A stretch of DNA of 64,000 nt from Antedon mediterranea (lineage: Eukaryota > Animalia > Echinodermata), in NCBI RefSeq assembly GCF_964355755.1, contig NC_092676.1:5309888-5373887 (forward strand). Reading direction: 5' to 3'. The notes below the pieces were generated by a model. That model had not been told where the DNA came from and made no database searches. It was given only the letters and a program-made list of their open reading frames with translations. Positions 28,786-43,961 of the stretch are shown here, piece by piece. The translations under genes were made by a program, and so were the position numbers. Numbering within the stretch: position 1 is the first letter of the stretch; every line of letters starts with the position of its first letter.

Positions 28786-31700
28786 GGTAAGGAGGCAATA
28801 TTCATTCATTCATCAGTGGAAACTTATTTCAATTTATTGTCATTTTCATATAAAATAGAAATATTTGCTCTGAGATATATCAGATAAATAAAGAACAAAT
28901 TACAATTCAAAGTGCTAATTCACTCTCGTACGGTATACTGACAAGCATTCAGTGCAGCTGGATAAAATCCATTGCGAAATCTAGACTTAGAAGACACTTT
29001 CCCATGAAATAAATGAGGGTAACACTGTATGTTTTAATACTATCTGTATGGCCAACTGTACAGTATTATATTCAGGGAAAAATGTGAGTTGAAGCCAAGT
29101 TGAAAATAAGCGATAAATGTACTGCCAGTCTAGTGTTAATTTAGTGTTTACTACAGAGAAAATACTGTACAGTGAACTCTGCAACTATCCCAAAAGAAGA
29201 ATTTTTTTACGAGTCTAATCTAATGGTCCCAAATTCGCTCATCATCCAGGCACATTTACTCTAACTCTGTCAAGGACCTAACAATAACATGTATTGCTCC
29301 ATGACTGCATGTCTGAAGAAATTATAAGTGTGAACAGGTTTATGGATTATACTACTAACCGATAGGGGTGTTCAATCATGGTGTATTTAATCATTTTTCT
29401 TGAAGAGGTCAATATTGGTTTATCCGGGTAAGTTAGGCACAAACTACTGTACTCACTTTGATTATTCATGTACTCAGGAAAACTAGAAAACAGGCTTTCG
29501 GAAAAACCAGAATTCTGGAAAAATCATACCCCATTGGCTGGCCCACAAATGTCTAATTTTGGGGGGAGATTAAAGTGTTTTATAGAAACCACCTTGGCTA
29601 TACAGTTATAAAGTAGTTAGTAAGACTACAGTATGTAGAGTAGACAAAATCCTAACTCGAGGCATCTGCGTTGGCCAATGAACATAACTGTACTTATGTC
29701 GTTTCCGAGAAATGTACGATACTCAGCACAAACCATTGAGCAATTAGTTTTAAAACAAAGTCCTTCGTGGCTATCTCAAACATTAACATAAATTCTGCAT
29801 TCCATTTAAAAGGACATCTAAATTAATTATTACTTTAATATTTTAGGAAAGGTGATATCTCATGGGCATCTATTAAAACACACAAGATAAATTTAAATTT
29901 AATGAGGTATTTATTCTGATGCAAAGCAAGCTGGAGTAATTTATCATCATTTATTCAAGGATCACACCAGTGGGATGCAAACTGTACTTAGCAAGGCCAG
30001 CAATAACGCAATAAACAAATTATTAATACGTAAACAAATCTATTCATCCTTCATTCTCTAGATGTTCATCAAATCTGCAGCAACTATATTAAATGAGTTT
30101 CTGGTATTTTAAAAATAACCAATCTCCGTGAAGACAGCTAAAACTCAAATATATAAAATAAAATTTAATGAAACACCTCTATCAGATAATGGTAAAATAA
30201 AAATGAATGATATAAAAATGTTTTCAAATAAAAGCCTATAGAATAACACAATAATTTGTTCACTTTAGCATAAATTATGATATGAAAAAATAAAAAATAA
30301 ATTAAAATGTGTTGTTGTTTACATACATTCAACAATAATGAATATGTCAGCAATTACTGTATCAGCAAGTCTTTATTTAATGTCCAGGTACCTCTTGCCA
30401 ATGCAGCTGATTGGCCTTGTACGGTAATCTTGTACAAATTAATCTAAATTTCTTTTTTATCAAGCCTCATTTCATGCATGGACATTAATAATAAACAGCT
30501 TTATATTGCAGCAGTAAATACATTCAAACTCATGATCCAGAAAACAAAAAAAATTTACATTGCTCAGACTAGAGTAAACAGAGTTGTTATTGCACTTTGT
30601 GGACAAATATTGGTCCATCACAGATAAAAAGGTTACCAATACCATTAAAATTAGTGACGTAAACACAACAGTATAATGTAGACATTAGTCTGTAGGTACA
30701 GTAAAGCATGTTATACAGTAAACAGTACTACTGTATAAAATGAATTATTAGTTGAATAATTCCAAGAAAAATGTGAGCATTTCAATAACAACTTGTTTGT
30801 GTACAGGGCTATTCCAACAATAAACTGCTTGTGGCTTAGAGGGTTATCATTTGCTCCTACTTGTTTTTTTTTTTTTTTTTGTCTTTTGACTGAATTTGCG
30901 TGTTTCTTTTCTTTGTTCTGATTTTGTTGTTTTTTAAGTCTGCAACTTTTGATGTATATTTCTGTACAACTGTTATTTTTATATGAGCAAGAAATAAAAA
31001 CAAACAAACAAACAAACAGTGGATGCTACACTTTTCAACTGCAAGCTTCTCCCTCAAAGGTCATGTCATGCCAGTGCTGCCTATTATATTCAGGCTCTGT
31101 GTGATCCGTCCACCACAGTGAGCCTAGTGAGTGAACTACAGTACTACACCGGGATAAGTCCCTACTCATCTAGTACACTAGGTTCTGTAAAGTACACATT
31201 AGCATTTTGTGTATGTACAGTACATTGGACCTACTGTTTGTAATCCTTACAGTAAATATGGGAAGACTCAAGCTGCTTGACGACTTAAAGGCTTCAAAAT
31301 TAGTTTTCAATTACAGTATATTTAAAATTGTAGAAAATGAAAGGAAAAATATTGCAGTGTGTATGTATCAAATCAATTAAATATTATTTCTTTAAGGTCA
31401 TCCATATTGGCACCAATTGATTAGCAATGATAACTGTGAAAGTGTATTTAATAATCTGTGTACACCATATGGTTCCAAGTCTGCTGACCTCAGCTTAGGC
31501 TAGGTACATAAAGCTTTCTGCTTTTATCACCAACAAAAAACCTTACGCACACACACTTTAATCAAAACATTAAACTGAGTATAATCACATACACAAGTAT
31601 AATTTTTGGTTTAAAAAATTAGAAAAGCAAAACTTTGGTAAATTCCATTCTAAAGTATACTACTGTACATAGTGAAATCTCAACACCTACTGACTGTATA

Positions 31701-33066
31701 GTTATACAGTAATTTTCTACAAATTTCATGTTTGTCAGAGGCTGAACATCGTAAAAAAACCATAGAGATGTTGCTGTTTTTAAAGACGTATAGGGTATCA
31801 ACAAGTTAAGGTGGGGTAAAAAATGGTACATTCAGGTATCAAGAGTACTTTGGGTGGGTGCTGTGTTGGAATTGGGAAACTATGGACCTGTGGAAGGTCT
31901 TAAAATGGGTTGGGTTAAATAATATGTTGAATATGGATACTGTATGTGGTGGGTGTATTGTGTCTAGTAATATAATGCTATGAAGAAAAACAAAAGAAAC
32001 TGAAATTAGGAGCCAGAATTTTATGTCAGCAAGTTGACCTCAACATTTGTTTAAACATTAAAATATAAGAATGCAAAACATAAGACTTTCATACAATTTA
32101 AAAACAATTTAATTTCCCTTTCTATTACTGTATCGCTGTACCACAGGAGGAACTAAAGTGACTCAATGCATGAGGTCATGATAGTGGTATTCAGTTGATA
32201 ATAAAACTGACCCAAGTCACATGTTGCTAAGCTCAACATGAAGATCTGAAGCACATTCAAGACGACCTAAATTGAAATCTGCAGCTATTGCTGATCAGTA
32301 TGTGGGACAGTTCACATTTTGAATGAAGGAACAAATGCGATGAGACTCTCTTCCAATGTGAATTCTTATTTGACTGTCTAACAACAATTAATCAAAATAG
32401 GCTATAGACATTAGCTATACAAAAGCTCATACAGTAACAGCTGCTGCTAGCCTTGCTATGTTTATAATGGAAATGGAAATGAAAACTCACAGGCCCATAA
32501 TAACATTTGATAACATGCTTTTTATTACTTAATACTATAATAATTATCCTTTACCAGCTAGTCAACGACTTGTGATACCAGTTTAACTTCTAATTTTCTT
32601 CGGAAATGGATTATTTTTTATTTATTGTTATTTATATTGCTTGTAATGAAAAAATTACCATTGTAAAATAAATGTTTATTGAACTGAACTGAACAAGATT
32701 CCTAGTAAAGATGATTAGAAATTTACTGTATATTAACACACATGTGAAATATTCTAATTTGATTTTTAAAGCAATAAATACATCAAATGTTATGTTTACA
32801 GTAGAAAAACTATATATTAAAAAAAAAAAAGATAGAAAATGTATAAAAGTCTGACTGAATTTATTTAACTTTGTAACATTTTTCTAAAAAAGTAAATAAA
32901 TCAACAACAAAAAAATTGACCGAAGAAAATACTATTTAAATTACAAATAGTTACCCGGTATAAATCAGTTGTTGAAACAACTTCTCATTTTCCCCCTTTT
33001 TAATTTCCACTTTCATTAAAGACACCTTCCCTACAATTTGTGACGTTTTGTAAAAATAATACATAT

Positions 33067-36000
33067 GGGTGTTTCCATAAATAAAGGGGCCAAGGTGTGA
33101 CATTAGGGTCAGAATTTCAAAGTGTGACATTCTAAGTCTAATAATCAATTCTAAATAGTATATCATGTACTTGAACTAAAAAAAAGAAGCAAAATACACA
33201 TTAAATCTGTTGTCTCTATGTAACAGCATTTATATAGTATCAACATGCATAGCAAATTTCACGTGTAACGGAGACACCAAAATCACATTATCTACCCCTC
33301 TTATAAGTTATTATTAATAACCTAAAACTGTTTAAATTGGATTTTTAAATAGCTTTTGGGAACATCTTCAATGCAGAAAAATATTATTTAAATCACACCT
33401 TTTCAAATTTAAAAAATAGCTTATGAAATAATTATGCAAAGCCGTTAAAGTTGACTTAATTTCTATATAAAAGATTTGTAAAGTCACTGCTGTTTAAAAA
33501 TTACATGTAAACAATACAGAAATGAACAGAATATACCTCAAGTATATACATTTACTAGCAACAAGTCAAATCAGGATCATACCTCCATGTGGAAATAAAA
33601 CAATATGGTTCATGAAATATAAATGGAAGATTTCACGTGTAACGGAGACACCAAATGTTCACTTTAACTCGTCACAATGTTTTATGAAATGGTTTTGATA
33701 TGCAGCCATTTTTAAAGTGTAACAAATGTGGTTACTACTGCATACAATTGATAAACTGGTAAAAATAGTATATCAAATACTATATTTTAATCAATAAAAC
33801 AATATAATTCATGCAATAAAAAATTGAAGTTTTCACGTGTAACAGAGACACCAAATAGTTCACTTAAATAAGTCAACAAGAACTACTACATTATTTTTAA
33901 AGTGTGACAACTGTAATTACTACTGCACACAACAAACTGCTAAAATATACTATTAATAGTCATTTACAGTAAAATCATTGAGAATACATTTGGATATACT
34001 TCGCATTAACACTCTTGTTCAATCATTAAAACGTATAATCTATATAAATTTACGTGAGGGAAAAATTTGGTAAATCGCGCATTACTTCTAAAATGTTTAC
34101 TCAATGGTATATAAAGTTGGTTCGTACTTTCAGTGCTGATTTTAACCACCTGATGTAACCCTGTTTAATAATTTAATTTCAGTTATGTAATTTTTTTTTA
34201 CGCTGAAATTACTGTATATTCGAGAACCGTCTGTGGGCTGATGTTTCTTTGGTTGGTCTTTTTGTTGATGCGGCATCTCTATTTTTGGGGTTAAATGCAG
34301 TTCTCAATTGGAACGGTAACATTGTTGATAAACTGCTGATCTGTATAGATGAAAAAAATGACAATGAAACATTAGATTTGCCCATCTGGGTTAAATTTGA
34401 TTCATCATCATATAGAAATATAAAGTATATAATTAAGTATTTTTAATATAAATTATACCAATTTAAATAAAAATAAATATATCTATTATTATTATAAAAT
34501 ATGTTAGGCCTACTATACTAAAGAAAGTGTTTTCTTATCTTATGTTGATGGATTATAATATTTATTATTATTAATTATAAAACAATAAATGAACACTGTA
34601 TATATTTGTCTTTCTTGAGTTATGCTCATAAATTGATTTGACTAAAACTATTGCTTTCTTTTCAGATTATTAGTTTAAAATATTAATTTTATTCATCAAA
34701 TATTTATTATTATCATTTTATTATTATAATAAAATTAATATGTTACTGATAATTTTGTCTTAGTTATACTGGGTATAAATGTTTTTTACGTATTATTTTT
34801 AAATGTTGTAAAATGTCTGTTGACTTTATTTCTCATTCTTTTATAATTGTTTTTAAACCACATCGGGGAAAACAGTAGACTAGTTATAATGTTGAAGTCT
34901 ATGGAATATATTTAAAACGAAGAGTAAATAAAGGTTCCCCATTAAACTAAGCGCGATCTCTTTGTAGGGAGCCGACGAAGCAAGCATGTGGGTTTTGGCC
35001 AACAAAATAAAGGTTCACCGAACCATGACCGAAATAATACCAGTCACCCAATTTGAGCACCGGGAGTCGCCGAGCCAGCAATCACGTTGGTTTTCAATAA
35101 AAATTAAAAAATAAAGGTCCATCAAACTGAACAGCTAAAAATAAACGCGATCTCAATTTGGAGGAGAATTTTATTAGCCAAGCACGTGGTGTTTCGGAAA
35201 ACCCTATTAATAATCATCGTACATGGAGTATATACACTCTCGCTGTAGAAATACCGCCGGAGTCGCCGAGTCAGCTAAAAAATAAACGCGATCTCAATGT
35301 GGAGGAGAGCTCATTAGCCAAGCACGTGATATTTCGGAAAACCCTTAATAATTATCGTACAGACCTGTAGAAATACCAGTCACCCCTTTCAGCTTCGGAG
35401 TCGCCGAGCCAGCTAAAAATAAACTTATCGCAATGTGGAGCAGAGTTCATTGCCCAAGCACGTGGTAATACTATCCTATTACTATTAGGAGAACCTATTG
35501 TTCTTTGTTGTTTTGATTTGATTTCGTTCATAATAAATTGTTATCCACAGCCTTGCGTTTATATTATATGTAATTGTTTTTATCAATTTAAATAAAGTTA
35601 TTAATTATTATTAAATTTATAAAACCTTAGTATATCTTCCGTAGATTGTAATTGAAACAAGTTAAATATTCCCTACACATCAAGTGAAATCGCCCAAATA
35701 TGATAGGCGCGCATACGCGACAACCAAGTTGCTTGGACTCGCTCACTATAGTGGAGGGTATTTTAAATGTATATTATAGTAAACATTTAATTCATATTTT
35801 ATCTTGTCGAATAGCAACGTTAAATAAATAAACAAAATTATGTACTAATATTACACATTATTTTGTGTAATATATTTTTTATTATAACTGAAATGAACCA
35901 AATACAATTCTTTTTTTTCCTACTGTAACAAATAGAATAGTCAAAAACGACGAATTTGTTTTTATTCTGAAAGTGGTTGTAAACTATGGACTTTTATCCC

Positions 36001-37367
36001 TATTTCTTGTGACAATAATTAAATAAATTTTTATTTTTCTGTGTCATATAGAAGCAATAACCAAATAGCAAACACATAATGTAAAATTTAAAGATTTTAT
36101 GGTAACTAATTGCTAATTATTTGCAAAATACTACACCAGTATAAGGTCTAGTACACTACGTAACAAGACACGGCGTATCTTCTACGATGTTACGCTGTAA
36201 CCTGCCTAGTGGAAAATGTTTTGCAATTTTGCTCATTAATTTGTTAAATATTAATCAATTATAGGCATATCTGTTCATTGGGTATACATTATGAAGCTGC
36301 TATGAGATAAACAACATTCCTACCACATTAAAACAAATATCAACTATATAGTATCAACAAACTACCAACGTAACCGTGTCTCATTGTGTATACGACACCC
36401 AGTTTTTGACTATGATGTTGACGTTAGAGTACGAAGATAGTTTTGGCGTTTAATTTTCTTGTATTTTTCATTATAACCCACTATTTTCTAAATTCTAAAA
36501 ACTAACAAAATAAAAATACACAAAACTTACATGCAATGAAGCGCGTAGAAGTTATTTACAACGTAACAGTTGAAACAACGTAACAGAGGGACACGAAAAG
36601 TCTCTACCGCTGTAACTCGAAATTAGCGCGGATCCTAACGATGATTTTTTCGCCGAGACTTTAGTTCGCCTGCTTCTTGAATCACGTGACCTTCAACTTC
36701 AGAAATAGCTCTCGCGGCGTTTACCACCGATGGTCTATGAATAACTACGTAACGAATATACGAGACACGAAATGTTCTAAAAAAATAGTTTTTCGTCTGT
36801 AACTGACTAAATAAAATCGCCATTTTGTAGAACATTGTGTAAGGTAAATTTCAGTGATCTGTTGTAGTGAATGTAATTCGATTTTCGTCATTATAGTGGT
36901 ACTTCTTGTGTCTGTTCACTAATAAAGATCGTACTAACAACGTAACAAAGTGAGACACGAAATGTTACGTTGTGATGCTGGACGTCGCGGACCGTTGTGT
37001 GGAAAACAAAAAATCGTGGGAAATTGTAATTAGCTTATATTTAACGTTGCTTTGTACTCTATTGTGATGATAAATAAATACAAAATAACTATTGCTGTAG
37101 TATATTTTTTAAACTCTGATATGTCAGTGTATTTAAATGTCACACATATTTTAATAAAATGAGCTAGACACCACGATATATTTTTTTTAAAAATCGTTTT
37201 TTTTTGCAATTTTTTTTTTCCAACATGTAATAGTATTAACCCATATTATTGTTCTATCATATGATAAAATCATTTTTTAAATAACTATTACCAATTTAGA
37301 GTAAACAGCAAACTAACTATCACCAATACTAAAATACCCACTGGCCCCTTAATTTATGGAAACACCC
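33067..37367 (-). mobile_element. 4.3-kb non-autonomous TIR DNA transposon, copy 2 (inverted relative to copy 1)
   Basis: Reverse complement of 13878-18177 with roughly 20 differences seen by eye; own TSD ATAT; the three mirrored short ORFs in the track confirm the match. Confidence 0.9.
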
Positions 37368-37487
37368 ATATATATTACTTTAAAAACATTAAACCAGGTC
37401 ATTCCTTGTCTTAAATGTACGTTTTATGGTAAATTATGATAAAAAGTGAGAAACAATGCACTACCTAGGTAGCTCGCGGTGACTGAC

Positions 37488-37800
37488 CTCTCGTGGACGG
37501 TCTTTAGGCCTAGCCTAGCTAGGCTTAGTTTTATAGGCCTAGTTGGTAAACATCGGTAACGTACGAACATCGTACGCTAGCTATATACTGTACCTAGCCT
37601 GACGTTGTATAGTTGCTGCATTAATTGTCTTTCTATTTTTGCCAGACTCCGTTGATACAAATTGGGGAAAACCCGGTATTTTTGCTGAAAAGTTAGGAGT
37701 CTTCCATTTGTTTTGGCCTCACGATCGATCGAAAAGTGGGTGAAGGTGTCTTTAATTGTTTTTGTTTGCTATTAATTTTCTGTTGATTGTTTCGCGCTTA
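37488..37800 (-). other. Candidate alternative HIPK 5' exon or first-intron regulatory region
   Basis: CpG-rich island in AT-rich surroundings with a donor-like GAG|GTCAGT at 37488/37487. Inference only. Confidence 0.25.
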
Positions 37801-37887
37801 AAAGCTCCCTACATTTTGCCCTATATTTAATTGAACATTACTTCATTATTGAAAATCACTAAAATCGTTATATATCACTTGAGGGCA

Positions 37888-38018
37888 TAGTTCATGGACT
37901 ATACCATTTGTGGAGAGGGGTGTTGAATGAAAATTTCTACTTTTTGAGGTATATCTCGCTCTTCGAGGAGAAAGGCTATTGTCAGTTTATCCAGGTAAGC
38001 TAGGCACGAAATAGACCA
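37888..38018 (+). repeat. About 130-bp interspersed repeat family C; other copies near 19261-19394, 24088-24192 and 29338-29446
   Basis: Shared TGGACTATACCAT...AGGGGTG...GGCTATT...GTTTATCCAGGTAAGCTAGGCACGAAATAGAC. Confidence 0.65.
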
Positions 38019-38516
38019 CTAAAATCTTTATATATCATTATGTAAAATGTCTTCATTCTGCAATGTTTAAAAAGAGGCTTGTTTGACGATTTCACTTTTT
38101 CTCTCGATGTATTCAAACACATCTATGCATTGTTTTTGTATTAATTCAGGGCATGAACTGAAATATGGTCAACACCTACTGTTACAGTCTACTGACAATG
38201 TGCTGAAAACAATAGAACTATAGATAATGTACAATGTGTGACATTTAAGCCACATCTTCAAATTAAGTACTGTAAAAAGCCCATTGTCTTTTGTCTAACT
38301 AAGTGATAATAGCTAAAGGATTACCGATCCTGATATTCCTAGTTTTAAAAAATTCAAAATCATTACTTTTTAATCATCTTTCAATTTTATAATATAAGTA
38401 TTAATAATGATAATAATTATTATTGTAATATTCTAAATGCAGTATCAGAGGCATAAACCTTCTTATAACAAATGTGCAACAAAAATATTCAAGAGAGTAT
38501 TCAAAGTAAGGACTAA

Positions 38517-38643
38517 AACTCTGTCTACACTATCAAAAATTATGTGATGTGCCCCATCACTACCATATTTGGGTATATCAATACCATATTTGGGCACATC
38601 ACACTTTTTTTTGTCAAACTAGTTTGATAGTGTAGACAGAGTT
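38517..38643. mobile_element. MITE family A, directly followed by a degenerate family B copy (about 38648-38792)
   Basis: TIRs with TAA/TAA TSD. Confidence 0.75.
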
Positions 38644-39169
38644 TAATTAGTTCCCACTTAGACGGAACACAACGACGCAACAGGTTACCACAAGTAATTT
38701 GACCAAACATGACGCGATGGCATCAAAACTGTCGCTTGTGATTGGTCAAATTACTTGCGATGCTGTTACATTCTTGCTTGTGGTAATAAGCTTTAGTGAA
38801 TGAAAAAAGTATATTAAATTTATCATGATTGGAAGCTCTGTAAATGGACAAGACTGAGTCCTACAGTACTATGCTAGTCCAGGAGGGAAGGGTACTTAAG
38901 GCCGGCTTTTTATTTCCCCCTTTAACGTGCAAAAAGCTTTGATACGGTACTTGGATTACACAACAACTGCAATTATTAAATATGCATATTATTATTATAT
39001 TATTATTAATTATAATTGGCAGACTAGGCCTAAGCTGATTTGAACCTTTCATTTTTTGGTGGCTGATGATTCATCAGAATTCAAATTTTGTATCAACTCT
39101 AAACTAGACTATCTATCACTATTATTTTCAATCAACAATGAGAAGAATTAGAAACCTACACAAATAAAA

Positions 39170-39600
39170 ATATTTTCTTACTATTTGCTCTAGGCCCTGG
39201 TGCTGAGCTGTGCTCCACAAGGATAATATTCTCGCGGGCTGAACACGATCCTGCATGCCAACGACGAACAATAGTTAACAGCCATGCGGTACACAGGCAA
39301 TCTGGTTAGCTTCACTTATAAAACCTTTAAAATACTTCTTAAAAATCACTAAAACTGGTACAACTAACAGAAAATAAAATAAGAAAATATTTATCCCAAC
39401 TATGCTGTATACTGTTCCATATTTTCGACATCTTGGTCGCTTATTTTGCTTTTTCTTTTTGTCGGAAAATCGTCATTTCATCACTTTCTCTTACACACCA
39501 CCAACATACGGCAACACAAACAGCGCACTCAACAACACGCGAGATCAGACGGGGAGGGGGGGGGGGGCGATCACCCGATGACGTCGGGATAAAACCATTA
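39170..39600 (-). promoter_or_regulatory. Candidate HIPK promoter and non-coding first exon
   Basis: Locally CpG-richer segment with a G-tract, a CRE-like TGACGTC near 39579 and a minus-strand donor-like ATA|GTAAGA near 39181. No transcript evidence. Confidence 0.3.
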
Positions 39601-40309
39601 TTAAATAGGGTCAGGGATTTCTTTTTCTTAATTCTCTACATCATAAACATTGATTTACTAATTTTTATTACACTTAATCTTGTACCAACCATTTATATTA
39701 AAATGTATGGATAATAATATTATTATCATATTATTTATTGTAAAAACTTATTGAATAATAAATGTTCATTATTCTTTGTTTACCTTATAAATAGTAGAGC
39801 GGTGTATCGCAACAAGACCTAAAAATACCAAACCAGATGATTAAAAGCAGATAAAACAAATATTTTCTATAGGCCTCCTAGGCCAGGCTGGACAGCATAT
39901 CAATGGGAAATACATTTCTTCAGCGGGTGCAAGTATTGTGTAATAATATTTTATACATCATCAGTACTGTAGTTGGACAGAGGGAGCTGAGAATTGAAGG
40001 AACAGATTTACATTTTATGACGTCATTGTATGACGAAATATTGACTGTGTGGTGCAGCAGTCTGTTTATCGTAGACAATTACTTTTTAAAATCAATAATC
40101 AGCCCACATTATTATTTTTAATCACGTAAATACATTATCAAGCCTAATTAATTGTGGATGATGAAAATAAATGATAAATAAAAGACCATTGGAGGAGAGC
40201 CGTCATTCTCAGTTCCAACTCGATCTTAATTTTCTAGTGCATAATTCCCTATTAATTAACTTTTTTTTTTTAATTCATGCTCAGATGTTTTCTTTTATGA
40301 ATATTTTAA

Positions 40310-40557
40310 AGATATATTGTCCCCTGAATTGCTTTTGTTTGTCCCATAATAGTTGGATTGAAAACAAAATTACGTGAAAAACTAATTTAAAGCAAAAATT
40401 GGCGGCCACCAGGTTTTTGGTTGAATAACCGATTTTGTTTTTTTATAAGTGAAAACATTTTTTTTCTACGGAAGTGATTAAAACGTTATTAAAACAACAA
40501 AATGGCTTATTCTAAGTCCGATTTTATTAATATTCATTTTTTAGGGACAATACATCT
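40310..40557. mobile_element. Kolobok-like MITE, same family as 7005-7312
   Basis: TTAA|AGATATATTGTCCC...GGGACAATACATCT|TTAA. Confidence 0.75.
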
Positions 40558-41805
40558 TTAATATTCGATATCAGACGTACGTCTGTGAAGACAGTTTTAC
40601 GCGCTTAGTCTTGCACTTCAGAAGGCATAGTACCTCGTACGGTCGACTTTTCAACTTTTACGTCAAGGCCTACTTTACGACTGCATGGAAGTCTACTACT
40701 AGCCGTAAACAATTGAGGGGGTTCATACAGTTCTGCCAGTGGGTGAAATGCTGCTGTTTGCCTATCCAAACTAAGACAATGTAATGGAGTAATTTTAATA
40801 ATAGTAATATTCTTTACTCCGTGAACAAACAAATGATATGTATATTAATACATAATTGCAAGCCTTATTCATAATTAATAAAATAATATTTATACACAGA
40901 ATAGGCCTATAGGTATTTTTAATGATTGTATGGTTTATTAAAACAATTTTAAAAAGAACAGATTTTTATATCCGCATGTTGAGAGTACAGTACTAAAGTA
41001 GGCTAATTTATTGTTAATGATGCAATACAATTTTTTCATATTTCATTATTAAATGTCTGTTTAATTTCCTGTGATAATACTTATACAGAATACTTTATCT
41101 AACTAACCTTTCATTCTGGAAACGAAAAACAAACAAAGTTATTATCTATTTTTACATAGCGCCACCACCAGGCCTTCGACTACTCCAAGACTGGTAGTTT
41201 ATTTATTTATTTATTTGGAATTACACCTAGATCGGTGGCACACTTAGCACAAAGGTGCATCCTTCATAATAACAATATAAAATATAACAATTAACAGAAA
41301 AGTAAAAAGGCAAAAACAACTATCAACCCCTATCCTACCAATTTAAATCGATGCATACAGTAGATCATTACTTTACACAAATGAATACAAAACAAAATAT
41401 AGTAAAAGTGTATTAAATAAAATCAACTGATAAACACAGCTTATTACGAAAACCCATCAACCCCCTTCCCCACCCCCTTTTTCAATTTACTTAATGTAGC
41501 AATGTAGATAACATAGTTATTGAGTCATGGAATTCAGGTAGTGTAACACGCAAATTGTGCCAAAATTTTATTTGTACAAAATATGAATCGCCGTCTAGAA
41601 CCACACTAATTCACCACGCGGGGTAAAAGGGGATTGATTAATGATTGGCAGACAATGAAAGTCACCACCTAGCTGTTAAAGATTCTGCACCGGGTAAATA
41701 CGGTATAGGTACTAGGTCTACTCTATGGCATGGTTAACAGGCTCATAAAAACTTAAGAAAATGTTACAATTTTACATTATTTTTCCTTCTGTTTTAAAAA
41801 TCAAC

Positions 41806-42864
41806 TCATCTCCTAAATGTTTTGGGTGAATTTGTTATTGGTCTATCGTCAATGTAAACATGTAGCTCGTATTTACCTAGCCAAAATTTCTTACATTGTG
41901 CCGTCAATTTAAATCTGTTGGAGTTATGTTTTTCAATATTTACAGTTAAGTTGTCATTATCATATATCATTCTAGCGTTTATTCGGTCTATTTCGATATC
42001 AGGTGATAGACTATCAATTTTATTCACCTGAGCATATACTCTCTCGGCAATTGATATTACCATTTGGATTTTCCAACAGTCAGTTAGTCGCTTAGAAAAT
42101 AGGCCTACATTGTAGGCTACAGTTTCACTATCTATTCGTGATGATTGACATCTGCTGTTAAAGGAATGACTTTCATCATTGGCGTTATCTTCTGGTTCTA
42201 GTTCTGACATTGAACGTTCTTGACATCTCAAAGCATTAGTTGCTCTGTCTCTGGATCGCCTTGCAGTGACGTCATCACTGTTTACCTTCCGATCAAGACT
42301 AGCCACCTGTAACTGTTTATCCAGATTGGTCACAATTTCTTTAGGTTTGTCTGTTTGTTTTTTGTTAACTCTTATTTTGTCAACATGTAACTCTTTACAC
42401 AACTCCTGTTCTCTGGCTTTGATACTTTCGATGAGTGACTCAGTGCAGTCGTGGATGTCTTTCATACAGGAAGCTTTCTGTTGATCTGCAGTATTTTCAC
42501 GAACCTTAGTAAGGCTATTCTCCACCTTTTTTCCATAATCAATCATATCTTTCTCTAATCTGTCTGAAATCCCTCGAAATCCATGCAATGGTTCAGCAGC
42601 ACTACCTGTATTTTCTCCATTTTCGACAATTGCCAATAAACCATTAGCCATGAAGTTTGATGGTAGACTGTCAATAACAGCTTCTGTAACTGGGTGTCTT
42701 TGATAGCACCGTGGGCACGTTAGGTTTCCTCTCCGGTTTTCTTGTATCCGTTTTTTAAGACAACCTTTGCAGAAGCTATGACCGCACATAAAGACCTTTG
42801 GTTCTTGAAGTTGTTCAAGACACAGTGGACATTCCAACAGTTTGCTTAGTTTGCTATCGGCCAT
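41806..42864 (-). CDS. TRIM-like C3HC4 RING protein (RING, coiled coil, filamin-like C-terminus; no B-box), 352 aa
   Basis: LECPLCLEQLQEPKVFMCGHSFCKGCL...LTCPRC followed by LPSNF; helical middle; C-terminal YELHVYIDDRPITNSPKTF resembles the end of a filamin repeat. Splice acceptor tttttctattccag lies just upstream of the ATG. Confidence 0.85.
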   Translation of the reverse strand: MADSKLSKLLECPLCLEQLQEPKVFMCGHSFCKGCLKKRIQENRRGNLTCPRCYQRHPVTEAVIDSLPSNFMANGLLAIVENGENTGSAAEPLHGFRGISDRLEKDMIDYGKKVENSLTKVRENTADQQKASCMKDIHDCTESLIESIKAREQELCKELHVDKIRVNKKQTDKPKEIVTNLDKQLQVASLDRKVNSDDVTARRSRDRATNALRCQERSMSELEPEDNANDESHSFNSRCQSSRIDSETVAYNVGLFSKRLTDCWKIQMVISIAERVYAQVNKIDSLSPDIEIDRINARMIYDNDNLTVNIEKHNSNRFKLTAQCKKFWLGKYELHVYIDDRPITNSPKTFRR

Positions 42865-43094
42865 CTTTGGTGTTTTCTGGAATAGAAAAATGTTGAAGGA
42901 TTAGGCCATATTTAGTTATGTTTGTAAGCTTGAGCAATGGCAAGCGACAGCTCGAATAATCCATCACTTGTTGCGTCCTAGAAATGTGAAACAAGCTTTA
43001 AGTGTATAACCATTTTCGTAAGCCGGCCTAATCGACACTCTTCCTATGTACACCAATGTATAGATAGACACAGTCATGGCTTGCTTTTGCAAGT

Positions 43095-43590
43095 CAATTC
43101 AATTCAATTTCTATTTATTTCGGAAATATCATCCATATTAATAAACTTATAAACAGAAAAAGAAAATTCGCAAACGATAAGCTTAAATATACAGGATACT
43201 TCTCCATCCACAATACATTTTTGAGTTATGAAGCATCTTGCAAACACAAGCAATAAGGATGTTACCACTATTCAACATACGTTGCATGAAACCATAGGTA
43301 GATTTTCGCATGTACTCATTAAAGGAAGAGACACCATATTCAATAAACATTGCACTGGCACTACTACTTCTAAAGACATTACGTATACGGCGCAGAGCAT
43401 TATTGTAGCATACATTAAGAGATCTTCATACGATAGTTACACCAAAGGGCTGCACAATACATATTAATACAGTAAGATCTAAAGAGACAACATTTAACAT
43501 TGGTAGAGCATTTCATAAATTTGCGATTGAGTGTTAAACAGATATAAATTAGGCACACTTACTCTTTATCTTGAAATGTATAGAAGTTGT
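43095..43590 (-). mobile_element. Non-LTR retrotransposon ORF2 3' fragment (RTE-X-like)
   Basis: Minus strand RKFMKCSTNVKCCLFRSYCINMYCAALWCNY...CYNNALRRI...SASAMFIEYGVSSFNEYMRKSTYGFMQRMLNSGN, with an AATAAA and (GAATT)n tail. Confidence 0.65.
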
Positions 43591-43961
43591 ACAGTATTGT
43601 TTGATATTAGGTTAACAGGAGGGTTGGTAAAACATCAATTCTGTTTTAAAACCTCGTGGTGGTGGTGTTGAGGAGTGTACCGTACTGAACTTTGTCCTAT
43701 GTAAAGCCAATGTATAATGCTATTTGTAGATTACAGGGGAAAAGACGTTGGGGTTAGGGTTAGTGTTCGTTAATCATTACCGTAATGTAATGTAATGTGT
43801 AATGTATTCTATTGTCATTTCAACACACATTCATTAAATCAGTTACAATGATATATAAACATAGGCCTATTTTACTATCCTCAAAATGGAGTTCGAATAC
43901 AGACGGTCTGCATGACGGAATGAAGATAATATTTGTTATTAATTAATACTCTTTCCACTAA